Origin: Amphiscolops sp. MND2022
Taxonomy: Eukaryota
Reading direction: 5' to 3'
Assembly (NCBI GenBank): GCA_964187785.1
Contig: OZ076412.1
Span: forward strand, 75,020,001-75,084,000
Length of the DNA stretch: 64,000 bases
The notes beneath the pieces are model-generated. The model had not been told where the DNA came from. It did not search any database and was given only the letters and a program-made list of their open reading frames with translations. Shown one piece after another: positions 51,390-62,891 of this stretch. Both the position numbers and the translations under genes were made by a program. Positions within the stretch are counted from its first letter, which is position 1. The number at the start of each line of letters is the position of its first letter.

Positions 51390-54300
51390 ATGGCTTCGAA
51401 CGTAATACCGGAGCTCGATATAACATGGTTCAAGGACGACAAAAGGTTGAAGGACCTGAAGAAGTCAGGTGATCTTGCCAAATGGAAAGCTGGCGTTGAT
51501 GCCCTAGATAATAGCTTCAAAAACTTGAATGTGATTGTCTCAACAGATGAATTCAGCAAGAAAACTGACTGGACTCCAGATACCAAACTGGTCGTCTTGG
51601 GGAAATTCTACAGTGAATTCTCAACTGAAAAGCAGAAGTTCATGGACTTGGTGACCTCGATCACATCAATGTTGAAAACAAAGGCACTTGAAGAGCTTTT
51701 AGCTCATCAAAAACGAATTCTTTTTGGATTGGACAAAGCAGTGGAGCTATGGACGACAAACAACGCTGCCCTCAAATGGATTGTCAAGAAATCAGAGCTC
51801 CTCATAACCAAAGCATCTATTGTGGAATATGGGAAGTTGGAAGACAAACAACGAGACATTCTTCAATCCCAAGCGGAGTTGAAACGAGAGATAAATGCTT
51901 TGATCGGACAAAAGGACAGAGTGTCAAAGATACGTCAACTCCTTCAACGGTTTACTCATAGACTAGAGGAACATAGAAAGCTTCAACAGCAGAAGCGGCA
52001 ACTCATCAAACCTCTTTTGCTCACTTTACAAATCGAGGAAGCTGATGAGCGTGCGCAGGAGAAAGATCTACTTGGCTGGCTGAGCTACTTGAACGAACGC
52101 GAGGAGCAAAATGCCAGAGATAAACAAAGTCAAATGGTTCATCAAAATTTCGACTTACCGGTGGCATCGAGGGAAGGCGAAGAACGCGTCCAAAATGTGG
52201 AGACAACAATGATACTGTCAGACAATGAAAATGAAGACGCTGAGCGCGTTGCCGGGCAAGGAAATGCTGGAGCCATTGGAGGAACTCCAGCAGCGGACGT
52301 TCCCACGGAGGAACCTAACCCTAATGTAGGGGCAGCTGAAGTCAGCGTTGTATCCCCTCAAAAGGCATTCCCGATCACAGAAGAGCCAAAGGATATCATG
52401 GGCAGCGCTAGAAAACAATTGGGATCAATTCCTTCGTCTCGATCGTCTCGGAGACGTGTGGAACTTGAAGCACAAATCTTCGAAGAACAAACAGAAGCTG
52501 AGATCAGAAAGAAGCAGCAGGAGATTGAGTTGAAACGGAAGCAACGAGAGATGGAATTGGCAATAGCAAAGGAGGAACTAGAATTGGAAGAGATGACCCG
52601 CAAGAAACAGCTTCATCTGAAAATGAAGAAGTTGGAAATAATGGAGCGAGCATCATCGAGATCTAGCATTCGCAGCATGGATCATTCTGAGACTGAGAAA
52701 GCCGCGACTACAAAAGATTGGTTGGAGTCGTCGAGGAACCTTTTCAATCACTCGAACGAGGACCAAAGACAACCGAACCTATATGTGAAGAGTGAAGAAC
52801 AAGGCACATCATACGACTTCAATGACGACCAAGAGTATGTTTCAAAGGACCCATCGTTGCCCGGAAAACAAACAGACGTCAAAAGGAAAACAATTAAGTT
52901 CAACCCCGAGAAGATGTTTGTACCTCAGACAATCTCAACGCCCGCTGCGAGCAACAGCCCATTAAAACAATGGCAACGTAATCAACCGTTGGCAACAACA
53001 TCATTCGGAGCTCTTCCAGCAGTAATGTCACCATTGAAACTACCGAAACTGGTTTTGGACAAGTTCGCTGGAGATCCTCTCGAGTGGCCTGAGTGGTCTG
53101 GGCAGTTTCTAGCAACTGTGGATCAAGCTGGAGTACCGGACAGTGTCAAGATGAACTACTTGAAAACTCTTGTAACGGGAAGAGCGAAATCATCAATAGA
53201 CGGCATGGGCTACTCTGGTGGCATGTATCAAGTGGCTTGGCAAACACTTGAGCAAGATTTCGGTCGACCAGAACTTGTTGTCAATGCACAACTGAAGAGG
53301 ATCCACTCTTACGGATTCATCAAATCTCACGATTCAGTGGACATCATAAAGTATTCGCAAGTGGTTTCTGGATGTGTCAATGTCCTCACTCAGTATGGGT
53401 ATGAAAGTGACATTGCTTCGGAGTCAGTGCTTAACAGTGCAGTAAGGAAACTACCAATCGAGCTCAAAAACAAATGGCTCTCTCACCTGCAACGATTCGA
53501 CCCGACATACAAGAGCTTGAGGGTGTTCAGCGCCTGGTTGAAAAACATTGCTCAGGTACAAGAGAACATCCGCTTACAGTTCGGAAATGCAGGTGACAAG
53601 ACGAAATCAACAACAAACAAAGACAAACCGAAGACAACCAGTTTTGCTGCTTCGACGGACTCCTCCACCAAAGGCAAACCCTCGTGTCCATTGAAAGACG
53701 GGGAACACAAGTTGTGGCAATGTGAATTGTTCAAAAATATGAAACTAGCTGAACGATACGAAACGGTGAAGAAATACAACTTGTGCTTTTCTTGTCTCAG
53801 TTCCGGTCATCGCATTGGACAATGCAAAAGCAACAGACTTTGTGGCAAGAATGGGTGCGGTAAACACCACAATCGCCTGTTGCACAGTGAAGAGAAACCA
53901 GATAGTAGTAAAATGGAATCGAAAGGAGCGGATGGTGAGCAACCGAATCCAGTAGCCATCGCGAACTCATGCAGTGGGAGTCTGCAGATTGTGGCTTTGA
54001 GATTGTCACATGGAAACAAATCGTGTGACACTTTGGCTATTTGTGACACGGGTTCTACGCTATCCTTCGTTGACGCAACACTGAAGAAAGAACTTCAAGC
54101 ACAAGGTACTGGCTTGACTCTCAACATTGCAGGGATCAATGGCACGAAACAAATGCAAAGCGAGAAAGTGAAATTGGAAATCACAACTCCTACAGCTCGA
54201 GAAACTGTTTTGTTTCATGTGCATCCAAGCATGTTTCTGGGGAACAAGTCTTACGATTATCACTCTATCAAACAGAAATACAAACATCTAGATGTCCTAC

Positions 54301-57300
54301 CAAATGCAGTGTTCGATTTGAGCAAAGTCAAGGTGGTTCTTGGGCAAGATAACTACCATTTGCTCTATCCAGTGGAATACAAGAAGGGACACAAAAATGA
54401 ACCATGGGCGGTCAGAAATAAACTGGGATGGACGCTCAGTGGCCCGCTTCCGAAACATGAAGTGGCCAATGTTGCATCAGCTACGAGTCATCTGGCATCA
54501 GAAGATAGTGAACTGAGCGTACAGCTAAAGTCCTGGTTCAGTATGGAATCATACGCGACGAGGGTGAACGTCAGCGGACGGTCAAAGGACGATAAAAGAG
54601 CTTTGGCGCAGTTGGAACAAACAACTAAATTGGTCGATGGTAGATATGAAGTCGGCCTACCATGGGCAGAAGATAACCCGAAGATCGAAAACAACTACTT
54701 CTCAGCGCATTCACAATTTTGCTCTTTGGAAAGACGCTTGGAAAAGGATCTTTCATTGAAAGCTAGATATCGAGACACAATTAAAGTAGATCTGGAGAAT
54801 GAATATGTCAGGAAACTGGATGAAGAAGAACTTGGAGAAACGAAGGATGAGACTCAGTGGTACGTGCCTCACCATCCCGTGATAAACCCTCACAAACCAG
54901 AGAAAGTCCGAAGGGTTTGCAATGCTGCAGCGAAATTTCGAGGAACTTCTCTGAACGATATGCTTCTCACGGGACCTGACCTCCTTCAAAACTTGGTGGG
55001 AATCATCTTCAGGTTCCGGGAGCATCCAATTGCCCTTACAGCTGACATAGAAGCGATGTTCTTGCAAGTTAAAGTGCCACCGCAAGACTGCAAGGTGTTA
55101 CGTTTCTTATGGAGGAATAACCCGAGTGATCCGATCTCCGTGTATGAATACACCCGGCATATTTTTGGAGCAAAGAGTAGCCCAACTTGTGCTAATTTTG
55201 CGCTGCAGAGAAATGCGAAGGACAACGAAAAGGACCACCCCATGGCGGCAAAAATCATCCAAAGGAACTTCTACATGGACGACTTTGCAAAATCAGTAGA
55301 GACTGAAGAAGAAGCACGTTTTGTGTACCAAGACGTGAGAGAGACATTGAGGCTCGGAGGTTTTAACTTGTTGAAATGGATCTGCAACAGTGAAGCTGTA
55401 TGTAATTCGATACCTGAAAAAGATCGATCAGACGCAGTCAATAAGACCTTTGAGGCAGAGCCGCATACCTCTTCGCTTTTGGGACTTCAATGGAAAGTAG
55501 AAGCAGACGAACTTGAAGTTTGCCGTGGAGCTGACAAAGAAGTGCCAGTGAAAATCACTCAGAGAGCAGTACTCTCTTTCGTAGCCTCTGTCTTCGACCC
55601 ACTTGGACTATTTGCACCATTCACAATGAGAATGAGGATGTTGCTGAAGACGATCTGGGCGAAGACAGGTCAACAATGGGATCAAGAAATTGACATTGAT
55701 GATCAGACAGTTTTCCTAACATGGGCTAACGAGTTGAATCAATTGCCAAGTTCTCCACTGAGACGCAGATACTTCATGAGCCAGTTTGATAAAGTGGACT
55801 TGCACATCTTTTCAGACGCCTCTTTGGAATCCATGTGCATTGTTGCGTACATAAGGGCTCTTACACCAAGCGGAACAGAAGTTTCATTCGTGACGGGAAA
55901 GTGCCGAATAGCCCCAATGAAACAACAAACTATACCCAAGCTGGAGCTGCAAGCAGCATTGTACTCGGTGAGACTTAGGCAGCTGATAGAGAAGGAACAC
56001 GACATCAAAATGGATTCAGTGACCCATTGGACGGATTCAATGACAGTGCTGAGGTGGCTTCATGCAGCACATAAGAAACAACAGGTGTTCGTCGCTAACA
56101 GAGTCGGGGAAATACTTGATCAATCAACTGTAGACGAGTGGCGACATGTGAAAGGCTCCATGAACCCTGCGGATATTGGAACTCGAGGTGTCACTCTTGA
56201 GCAGTTGCGAGAAAGTGAGTGGCTACACGGGCCGGCCTGGTTGCAAGATGAACCGGAGAACTGGCCAGAGCAGCAGTTAGTCGAACACGAGGACGAACAA
56301 ACATGGACTATAGCTTCCAGAGAGAGTATTCTTGATTGGACTAGATTCAGCCAATTCAAGCGATTACTCAATATGCTTGTCTACTGTCGAAGAATCAAAA
56401 ACAAAAGAAGAGGACCCTTGATGCCCGATGAGCTGAATTCAGCAGAATTGACGATCCTGCAACTCTCACAGCGGGAGAGCTACCCTGAGCTGTATGAAAA
56501 GCTCATCAAAAGTAGTGGAAAGCCTGCCAAGAATGACTTGGCTAAATTGTGTCCATTTCTAGACAAGCAGGGCACAATTAGACTGAAAGGACGGCTGAAC
56601 AAGTCAATGCTTCCTGATGAGACGAAGCATCCAATTCTTTCAGCTAAACACCCTGCGATTGTTCTTCTCGTGAGACAAGCTCACGTGGACAATCATCATG
56701 AAGGAACTGAGCATGTCAGAAACATACTCCAGCAACAATACTGGATAACTGGACTCAGAAACGCTTTGAGACGCATCAAGTACAGCTGTGTACAATGTCG
56801 GAAAGCTGCTTCACAACCGTTTCAACCTCACATGGCAGACTTGCCTAAGGAGCGAGTGCAGCAGAACGTGTACCCTTTCAGCAACACAGGGGTCGACTAC
56901 TTTGGACCCTTCGAAGTGACATTCTTCAGGAAGACAGTCAAGTACTGGTGTTGTCTCTTCACTTGTCTAGTCACTAGAGCAGTTCACATCGAAGTCGTGA
57001 ACGGCTTGGACACAGACGCGTGCATGATGGCAATCACGCGATTCATGGCAAGGAGAGGCAAGCCATTGAAAATCATCAGTGACAATGGCACTAACTTTGT
57101 TGGAGCTGCACGGGAGTTCAAAGAATGCTTCAGTGAATGGAATCAAGATGCTATTTCGGAAAATCTTGCAAAGCAGCGCGTCGTTTGGCAATTCAATCCA
57201 CCCGGAGCGCCACATTTCGGTGGTATATGGGAGCGACTTGTGAGAAGTTGCAAAAAGTCTATGATTGCTATCTTGGGAAGTCGACGCTTGACTCTACCAG

Positions 57301-57815
57301 TACTCACCACAACGATGTGTCTGGTTGAACAGACGCTAAATTCAAGGCCTTTGACGCCTGTCAGTGATGATCCAGAGGATCTAGAGGCATTAACGCCTAA
57401 CCATTTTCTACTGGGCAGACCTGCAATTTCGGAGCCATTATTTCCGGATGCATCAAGATACGTGAACTGTCGAAAGCTCTACAAAGCGTCTCAAGCATAT
57501 CATGAAATGATATGGAAAAGATGGGCTCGCGATTATCTGCCGCAATGGAACGTGCGACCTAAATGGGGGAGCAATGACGTGCGAGCCCTCCAAGTAGGTG
57601 ATCTGGTGTGGGTCATTGATGAGTCAGTGAAGCGGTGCAAAAATCAAATGGCTAGAGTTTTGGATGTCTTCCCGGGCAGTGATGGAGTGGTTCGATCAGC
57701 AAAGATACAGACTTCAAATGGGATATTCGTTCGACCCGCTGTGAAGCTGGCGCCACTATTGGACGATTGTTTTCAGAGAGAAAACAGGGCCGGCGATGTT
57801 GGCGCCAGAGATTGA
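51390..57815 (+). CDS. BEL/Pao gag-pol polyprotein (single uninterrupted ORF; first ATG at 51390)
   Basis: Gag LKLPKLVLDKFAGDPLEW with Cys/His knuckles; protease AICDTGS; RT YMDD; RNase H LHIFSDAS; integrase HVDNHH..CVQC, GVDYFGP, SDNGTNF, GGIWERLV. The ORF ends inside the 3' LTR, after the purine tract (ENRAGDV). Confidence 0.97.
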   Translation: MASNVIPELDITWFKDDKRLKDLKKSGDLAKWKAGVDALDNSFKNLNVIVSTDEFSKKTDWTPDTKLVVLGKFYSEFSTEKQKFMDLVTSITSMLKTKALEELLAHQKRILFGLDKAVELWTTNNAALKWIVKKSELLITKASIVEYGKLEDKQRDILQSQAELKREINALIGQKDRVSKIRQLLQRFTHRLEEHRKLQQQKRQLIKPLLLTLQIEEADERAQEKDLLGWLSYLNEREEQNARDKQSQMVHQNFDLPVASREGEERVQNVETTMILSDNENEDAERVAGQGNAGAIGGTPAADVPTEEPNPNVGAAEVSVVSPQKAFPITEEPKDIMGSARKQLGSIPSSRSSRRRVELEAQIFEEQTEAEIRKKQQEIELKRKQREMELAIAKEELELEEMTRKKQLHLKMKKLEIMERASSRSSIRSMDHSETEKAATTKDWLESSRNLFNHSNEDQRQPNLYVKSEEQGTSYDFNDDQEYVSKDPSLPGKQTDVKRKTIKFNPEKMFVPQTISTPAASNSPLKQWQRNQPLATTSFGALPAVMSPLKLPKLVLDKFAGDPLEWPEWSGQFLATVDQAGVPDSVKMNYLKTLVTGRAKSSIDGMGYSGGMYQVAWQTLEQDFGRPELVVNAQLKRIHSYGFIKSHDSVDIIKYSQVVSGCVNVLTQYGYESDIASESVLNSAVRKLPIELKNKWLSHLQRFDPTYKSLRVFSAWLKNIAQVQENIRLQFGNAGDKTKSTTNKDKPKTTSFAASTDSSTKGKPSCPLKDGEHKLWQCELFKNMKLAERYETVKKYNLCFSCLSSGHRIGQCKSNRLCGKNGCGKHHNRLLHSEEKPDSSKMESKGADGEQPNPVAIANSCSGSLQIVALRLSHGNKSCDTLAICDTGSTLSFVDATLKKELQAQGTGLTLNIAGINGTKQMQSEKVKLEITTPTARETVLFHVHPSMFLGNKSYDYHSIKQKYKHLDVLPNAVFDLSKVKVVLGQDNYHLLYPVEYKKGHKNEPWAVRNKLGWTLSGPLPKHEVANVASATSHLASEDSELSVQLKSWFSMESYATRVNVSGRSKDDKRALAQLEQTTKLVDGRYEVGLPWAEDNPKIENNYFSAHSQFCSLERRLEKDLSLKARYRDTIKVDLENEYVRKLDEEELGETKDETQWYVPHHPVINPHKPEKVRRVCNAAAKFRGTSLNDMLLTGPDLLQNLVGIIFRFREHPIALTADIEAMFLQVKVPPQDCKVLRFLWRNNPSDPISVYEYTRHIFGAKSSPTCANFALQRNAKDNEKDHPMAAKIIQRNFYMDDFAKSVETEEEARFVYQDVRETLRLGGFNLLKWICNSEAVCNSIPEKDRSDAVNKTFEAEPHTSSLLGLQWKVEADELEVCRGADKEVPVKITQRAVLSFVASVFDPLGLFAPFTMRMRMLLKTIWAKTGQQWDQEIDIDDQTVFLTWANELNQLPSSPLRRRYFMSQFDKVDLHIFSDASLESMCIVAYIRALTPSGTEVSFVTGKCRIAPMKQQTIPKLELQAALYSVRLRQLIEKEHDIKMDSVTHWTDSMTVLRWLHAAHKKQQVFVANRVGEILDQSTVDEWRHVKGSMNPADIGTRGVTLEQLRESEWLHGPAWLQDEPENWPEQQLVEHEDEQTWTIASRESILDWTRFSQFKRLLNMLVYCRRIKNKRRGPLMPDELNSAELTILQLSQRESYPELYEKLIKSSGKPAKNDLAKLCPFLDKQGTIRLKGRLNKSMLPDETKHPILSAKHPAIVLLVRQAHVDNHHEGTEHVRNILQQQYWITGLRNALRRIKYSCVQCRKAASQPFQPHMADLPKERVQQNVYPFSNTGVDYFGPFEVTFFRKTVKYWCCLFTCLVTRAVHIEVVNGLDTDACMMAITRFMARRGKPLKIISDNGTNFVGAAREFKECFSEWNQDAISENLAKQRVVWQFNPPGAPHFGGIWERLVRSCKKSMIAILGSRRLTLPVLTTTMCLVEQTLNSRPLTPVSDDPEDLEALTPNHFLLGRPAISEPLFPDASRYVNCRKLYKASQAYHEMIWKRWARDYLPQWNVRPKWGSNDVRALQVGDLVWVIDESVKRCKNQMARVLDVFPGSDGVVRSAKIQTSNGIFVRPAVKLAPLLDDCFQRENRAGDVGARD

Positions 57816-58852
57816 GAAACCAACTTGAACATATTAGCTGGAAATCTTGAGTTACAAAACTTTGTAAAACACTCGAAACTCAAAAGCGTAATTAACTAAC
57901 CTGTGCTGTTGTGATTAGTTGAAGTCAAATGATCAATTTGGTAATGGCGCTTAATGTTTGTCCCAAAGTTCATTGTACTTTGATTCTATTCGAACGAGAA
58001 CGGTGGCGTGATTTGAGGCAAATGTTATCTATCCAACCTATCGGTCAAATTGCCGTTCATATTGCAGTTTCATTGATAGATTTACCTCTTTATGGAAAAT
58101 TTTGGAAGGAATTTCCAAATTGGAGGTGTGAGAGGTCCGAAAACGTGATGGAAAAAGTGATTTTATGTAACTTTGTTATTTGAATATCCTGTGATTTTAA
58201 AGGTTATCAACTGTACATCCGCTGAGTAGAGTATAAATTTGACCAATTTTGATACCATATTCAGAACGCTAATTAAAATATTCTTGAAACTTAAATGTCT
58301 TTGACAGCTGTTGAGTAGCTACCCAGGTTCCGGTTTAGACAGGTTGTGACTGGGAGGGTAGCATTGCACTACTCAACGATCGAAAAAATAAACGATCAGC
58401 TGTTTTAGGAGTCCAAATCAATCAGAAAAGTACTCTTGAAATAGCTTCATTAGGCGTAGTAGGTCTAAGATCTAGGAAAGCGTTCTATTATCGCTCATCG
58501 TAGTAGCGAGATTAAAAGCTCATCGTAAGAGCTATTCAATTGAAACGACAACCCTCTTTGGAGGCTTGGGTGGAAACAATCCGTTGAGGACGATCAGTTG
58601 CTGTGGTTGAGCGTACGACCTCCGGACAACAAGAGGTGAAGCAGATTTCCAGTCAAAAGAGGGATTGGGATCGAAGTGTTGCTTAGCCTGAAGAGTCTGG
58701 TGTTGAGGAGCACGAAGCCGCTAGCAGCTGAGAACTCATTGAACAGATACAGTCCTTTAGAAAGTTTGTTCCTGCTTTTGGCCGAAGAAGTGGGAAGGAT
58801 CAGGGACCGGCAGAAAGCTCAATTCCGCTGTAAGATTTGAGCGGCCGTTACA
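57797..58852 (+). repeat. 3' LTR (1056 bp)
   Basis: Direct repeat of 50273-51328; preceded by the purine tract agagagaaaacaggg. Confidence 0.97.
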
Positions 58853-58857
58853 TCTAC

Positions 58858-61800
58858 TGTGCTCTTCTGTGATGCTACCCTTTCCGGATATGATACCGGT
58901 TACCGCTGGGATCTTGATTACCACTAAAATTCTGAATAATTGTGATGAAGTTGAAGTTTTTGATGTTTAGCGTTTAATGGGACTTCTAGTTGATTGAAAG
59001 TGCTGCTTTTTCTACAGTGATCGGTCGTCTTGCTCCGTGTCACTTTTTGTGGATGGCTTATTCGGTGATGACAATCTTTCCCCGAATGACCCTTGGTTCC
59101 GATAATGGATCAAATGATTATGCTTTCTTCTGATTGTTAATTTTTTCCCTTCTCTTGTTTCCGTTCGATTCTACTGTGCCCTTTTGTGATGCTTCCCTTT
59201 CCCGATATGATGCCGGTTACAGCTGGGATCTTGATTATAACTAAAGTTTTTATTCCTTAGGATGGATTTGAAGTGTTTGATGTTTAGCGTTTAATGGCAC
59301 TTATAGTTGATTGAAGTTCAGCTTTTTCCGCAGTGATCGGTCGTCTTGCTCCTTGTCACTATTTTTGTGGGTGGCCTATTCGGTGATGACAATCTTTCCC
59401 CGAATGATCCATGGTTTCGCTAATGGATCAACTGATTATGCTTTCTTCTGATCGTTAATTTTTCCCTTCTGTTCTTTTCTTTCGAATCTACTTGCTCCTT
59501 TGTGATGCTACCCTTTCCCGATATGATACCGGTTACCGCTGGGATCTTGATTACCACTAAAATTCTGATTAATTGTGATGGAGATGAAGTGTTTGATGTT
59601 TTGCGTTTAATGGGACTTCTAGTTGATTGAAAGCGCAGCTTTTTCTACAGTGATCGGCCGTCTTGCTCCGTGCTACTATTTTTGTGGGTGGCTTATTCGG
59701 TGATGACAATCTTTCCCCGAATGATTCTTGGTTCCGCTAATGGATCAAATGATTATGCTTTCTTCTGATCGTTAATTTTTTCCCTTCTCTTGTTTTCGTT
59801 CGATTGTACTGTGCCCTTTTGTGATGCTACCCTTTCCCGATGTGATACCAGTTACAGCTGGGAGCTTGATTATCACTGAAGTTCTGATTCCTTAGGATGG
59901 ATTCGAAGTGTTCGATGTTGAGCTTTTCAGAGCAATTATTGTTGATCGAAAGTTCAGGTTGTTCTTCAGTGGTCGGTTGTCTTACTCCCAGTCACTATAT
60001 TTGTTGTTGGCTTATTCGGTGATGACAGTCTTTCCCCGAATGATCCATGGTTTCGCTGATGAATCAAATGATTGCTTTCTTCTGATCGTTATTTTTTCCA
60101 TTCTGCTGTTCTTTTCGTTCGAATTTACTGTGCTCTTTTGTGATGCTACCCTTTCCCGATATGATACCGGTTACAGCTGGGATCTTGATTACCACTAAAA
60201 TTCTGATTATTTGGGATGGAGTCGAAGTTTTTGATGTTTAGAGTTTATTAGCAATTATAGTTGATTAAAGGTTCAGCTTTTTCGGCAGTGATCGGTCGTC
60301 TTGCTCCTCCTCACTATATTTGTGGATGTCTTATTCGGTGATGACAATCTTTCCCCGAATGATCCATGGTTTCGCTGATGGATCAAATGATTATGCTTTC
60401 TTCTGATCGTTATTTTTTCCATTCTGCTGTTCTTTTCTTTTCGTTCGAATTTACTGTGCTCTTTTGTGATGCTACCCTTTCCCGATATGATACCGGTTAC
60501 AGCTGGGATCTTGATTACCACTAAAATTCTGAATATTTGGGATGGAGTCGAAGTTTTTGATGTTTAGCGTTTATTAGCAATTATAGTTGATTAAAGGTTC
60601 AGCTTTTTCGGCAGTGATCGGTCGTCTTGCTCCTTGTCACTATATTTGTGGATGGCTTATTCGGTGATGAAAATCTTTCCCCGAATGATCCATGGTTTCA
60701 CTGATGGATCAAAAGATTATGCTTTCTTCTGATCGTTATTTTTTCCATTCTCCTGATTTTTCGTTCGAATCTACTGTGCTCTTTTGTGATGCTACCCTTT
60801 CCCGATATGATACCGGTTACAGCTGGGATCTTGAGAACCACTAAAATTCTGATTATTTGGGATGGAGTCGAAGTTTTTGAAGTTTAGCGTTTAATAGCAA
60901 TTATAGTTGATTAAAGGTTCAGCTTTTTTGGCAGTGATCGGTCGTCTTGCTCCTTGTCACTATATTTGTGGATGGCTTATTCGGTGATGACAATCTTTCC
61001 CCGAATGATCCATGGTTTCGCTGATGGATCAAATGAATATGCTTTCTTCTGATCGTTATTTTTTCCATTCTCCTGTTCTTTTCGTTCGAATTTACTGTGC
61101 TCTTTTGTGATGCTACCCTTTCCCGATATGATACCGGTTACAGCTGGGATCTTGATTACCACTAAAATTCTGGTTATTTGGGATGGAGTCGAAGTTTTTG
61201 ATGTTTAGCGTTTAATAGCAATTATAGTTGATTAAAGGTTCAGCTTTTTTGACAGTGGTCGGTCGTCTTAATCCCAGTCACTCGATTTGTGGATGGCTCA
61301 TTCGGCGATGGCACTTTTTCCCCGAATGATCCATGGTTTGGCATAATGATCAAATGGTTATGCTTTCTGCTGATCGTTATTTTTTCCATTCTCCTGTTCT
61401 TTTCGTTCGAATATCATGTGCTCTTTTGTGATGCTACCCTTTCCCGATATGATACCGGTTACAGCTGGGATCTTGATTACCACTAAAATTTTTATTAATT
61501 GTGATGGATCTGAAGTGTTTGATGTTTAGCGTTTAATGGCACTTATAGTTGATTGAAAGTGCAGCTTTTTCTGCAGTGATCGGTCGTCTAGCTCCGTGTC
61601 ACTCTTTTTGTGGATGGCTTATTCGGTGATGACAATCTTTCCCCGAATGATCCATGGTTTCGCAATTGGATCAAATGATTATGCTTTCTTCTGATTGTTA
61701 AATTTTCCCTTCTACTGTTCTTTTTGTTCGAATCTACTGTGCTTTTTTGTGATGCTACCCTTTCCCGATATGGTACCGGTTAGAGCTGGGATCTTGATTA

Positions 61801-62699
61801 TCACTAAAGTTCTGATTCCTCAGGATGGGTTTGAAGTGTTTGATCTTTAGCGTTTAATGGCACTTATGGTTGATTGAAGTTCAACTTTTTCTGCAGTGAT
61901 CGGTCTGCTTGCTCCGTGTCCCTCTTTTTGTGGATGGCTTATTCGGTGATGACAATCTTTCCCCGAATGATCCTTGGTTCCGCTAATGGATCAAATGATT
62001 ATGCTTTCTTCTGATCGTTAATTTTTTCCCTTCTCTTGTTTTCGTTCGATTGTACTGTGCCCTTTTGTGATGCTACCCTTTCCCGATATGATACCGGTTA
62101 CAGCTGGGATCTTGATTACCTCTAAAATTCTGATTATTTGGGATGGAGTCGAAGTGTTTGATGTTTAGCGTTCAATAGCAATCATAGTTGATTGAAAGTT
62201 CAGCTTTTTCTGCAGTGATTGGTCGTCTTGCTCCTTGTCACTATTTTTGTGGATGGCCTAATCGGCGATGACAATATTTCCCCGAATGATCCATGGTTTT
62301 GCATATGGATCAAATGATTATGCTCTCTTCTGATCGTTAATCGTTTTCCCTCCTCTTGTTCTTTTCGTTCGAGTCTACTTTGCTCTTTTGTCAAGGTGCT
62401 CTTTTCGTTCGATTCTATTAAGCTTTTCTGTGATGTTACCCTTTCCCGATTTGATATCGGTTTTAGTTGGGATCCCGATTATCACTGAAATTCTGAATAA
62501 TTGGGATGGAGTTGAAGTTTTTGATGTTTAGCCTTTCGGAGAAATTGTAGTTGATTGATTGTTCACAGCTTTTTCCACAGTTATCGATTGTCTTTCTTCT
62601 TGTCACTATTTTTGTGGATGGCTTATTCGGTGATGACAATCTTTCCCCGACTGATCCATGGTTTCGCATATGGATCAATTGGTTATGCTTTCTTCTGAT
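58858..62699. repeat. 321-bp satellite array, right arm (~12 more diverged monomers)
   Basis: Same monomer with more substitutions and indels; ends at ...ttcttctgat (62699). Confidence 0.96.
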
Positions 62700-62891
62700 G
62701 CACTTGCTGTTGAGTTTTTTTTGCACATGACGAAGTCAATGTGCATTGCAGTCCAGCTAAGAAAGTTTTTTTTCCACAGTAGCCAACTTCATAATAAGCC
62801 CCTTTTAGAGAAAAGCCAAAACCCCAGAGAGATTCGAACCTGCAGCCTCCCGATTGCGCGGCATAAGTGTTAACCACTGTGCCATAAGGAC
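62700..62891 (-). mobile_element. tRNA-derived SINE-like element abutting the satellite end
   Basis: Minus strand reads GTCCTTATGGCACAGTGGTTAACAC...GCAGGTTCGAATCTC, with A box TGGCACAGTGG and B box GGTTCGAATC. The anticodon stem does not pair, so this is not a functional tRNA. Confidence 0.7.

Larger units (their letters stand above)
50273..58852 (+). mobile_element. Full-length, intact BEL/Pao LTR retrotransposon (8,580 bp), TSD TCTAC
   Basis: TG...CA LTRs at 50273-51328 and 57797-58852; TCTAC at 50268-50272 and 58853-58857. The satellite monomer resumes exactly after the TSD. Confidence 0.98.

Noticed and set aside
40701-62699. CRISPR array or hammerhead-containing satellite
   Set aside because: Monomers are contiguous with no unique spacers, the context is eukaryotic with no cas genes, and I found no CUGANGA...GAAA core on either strand of the monomer.
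43701-62726. Repeated 79-106 aa ORFs (MVIKIPAVTGIISGK...) on the minus strand
   Set aside because: These are by-products of satellite monomers. They open and close with single indels and have no recognisable domain.
62818-62891. Functional tRNA gene
   Set aside because: A and B boxes are present, but the acceptor and anticodon stems do not pair, so it is treated as a SINE head.
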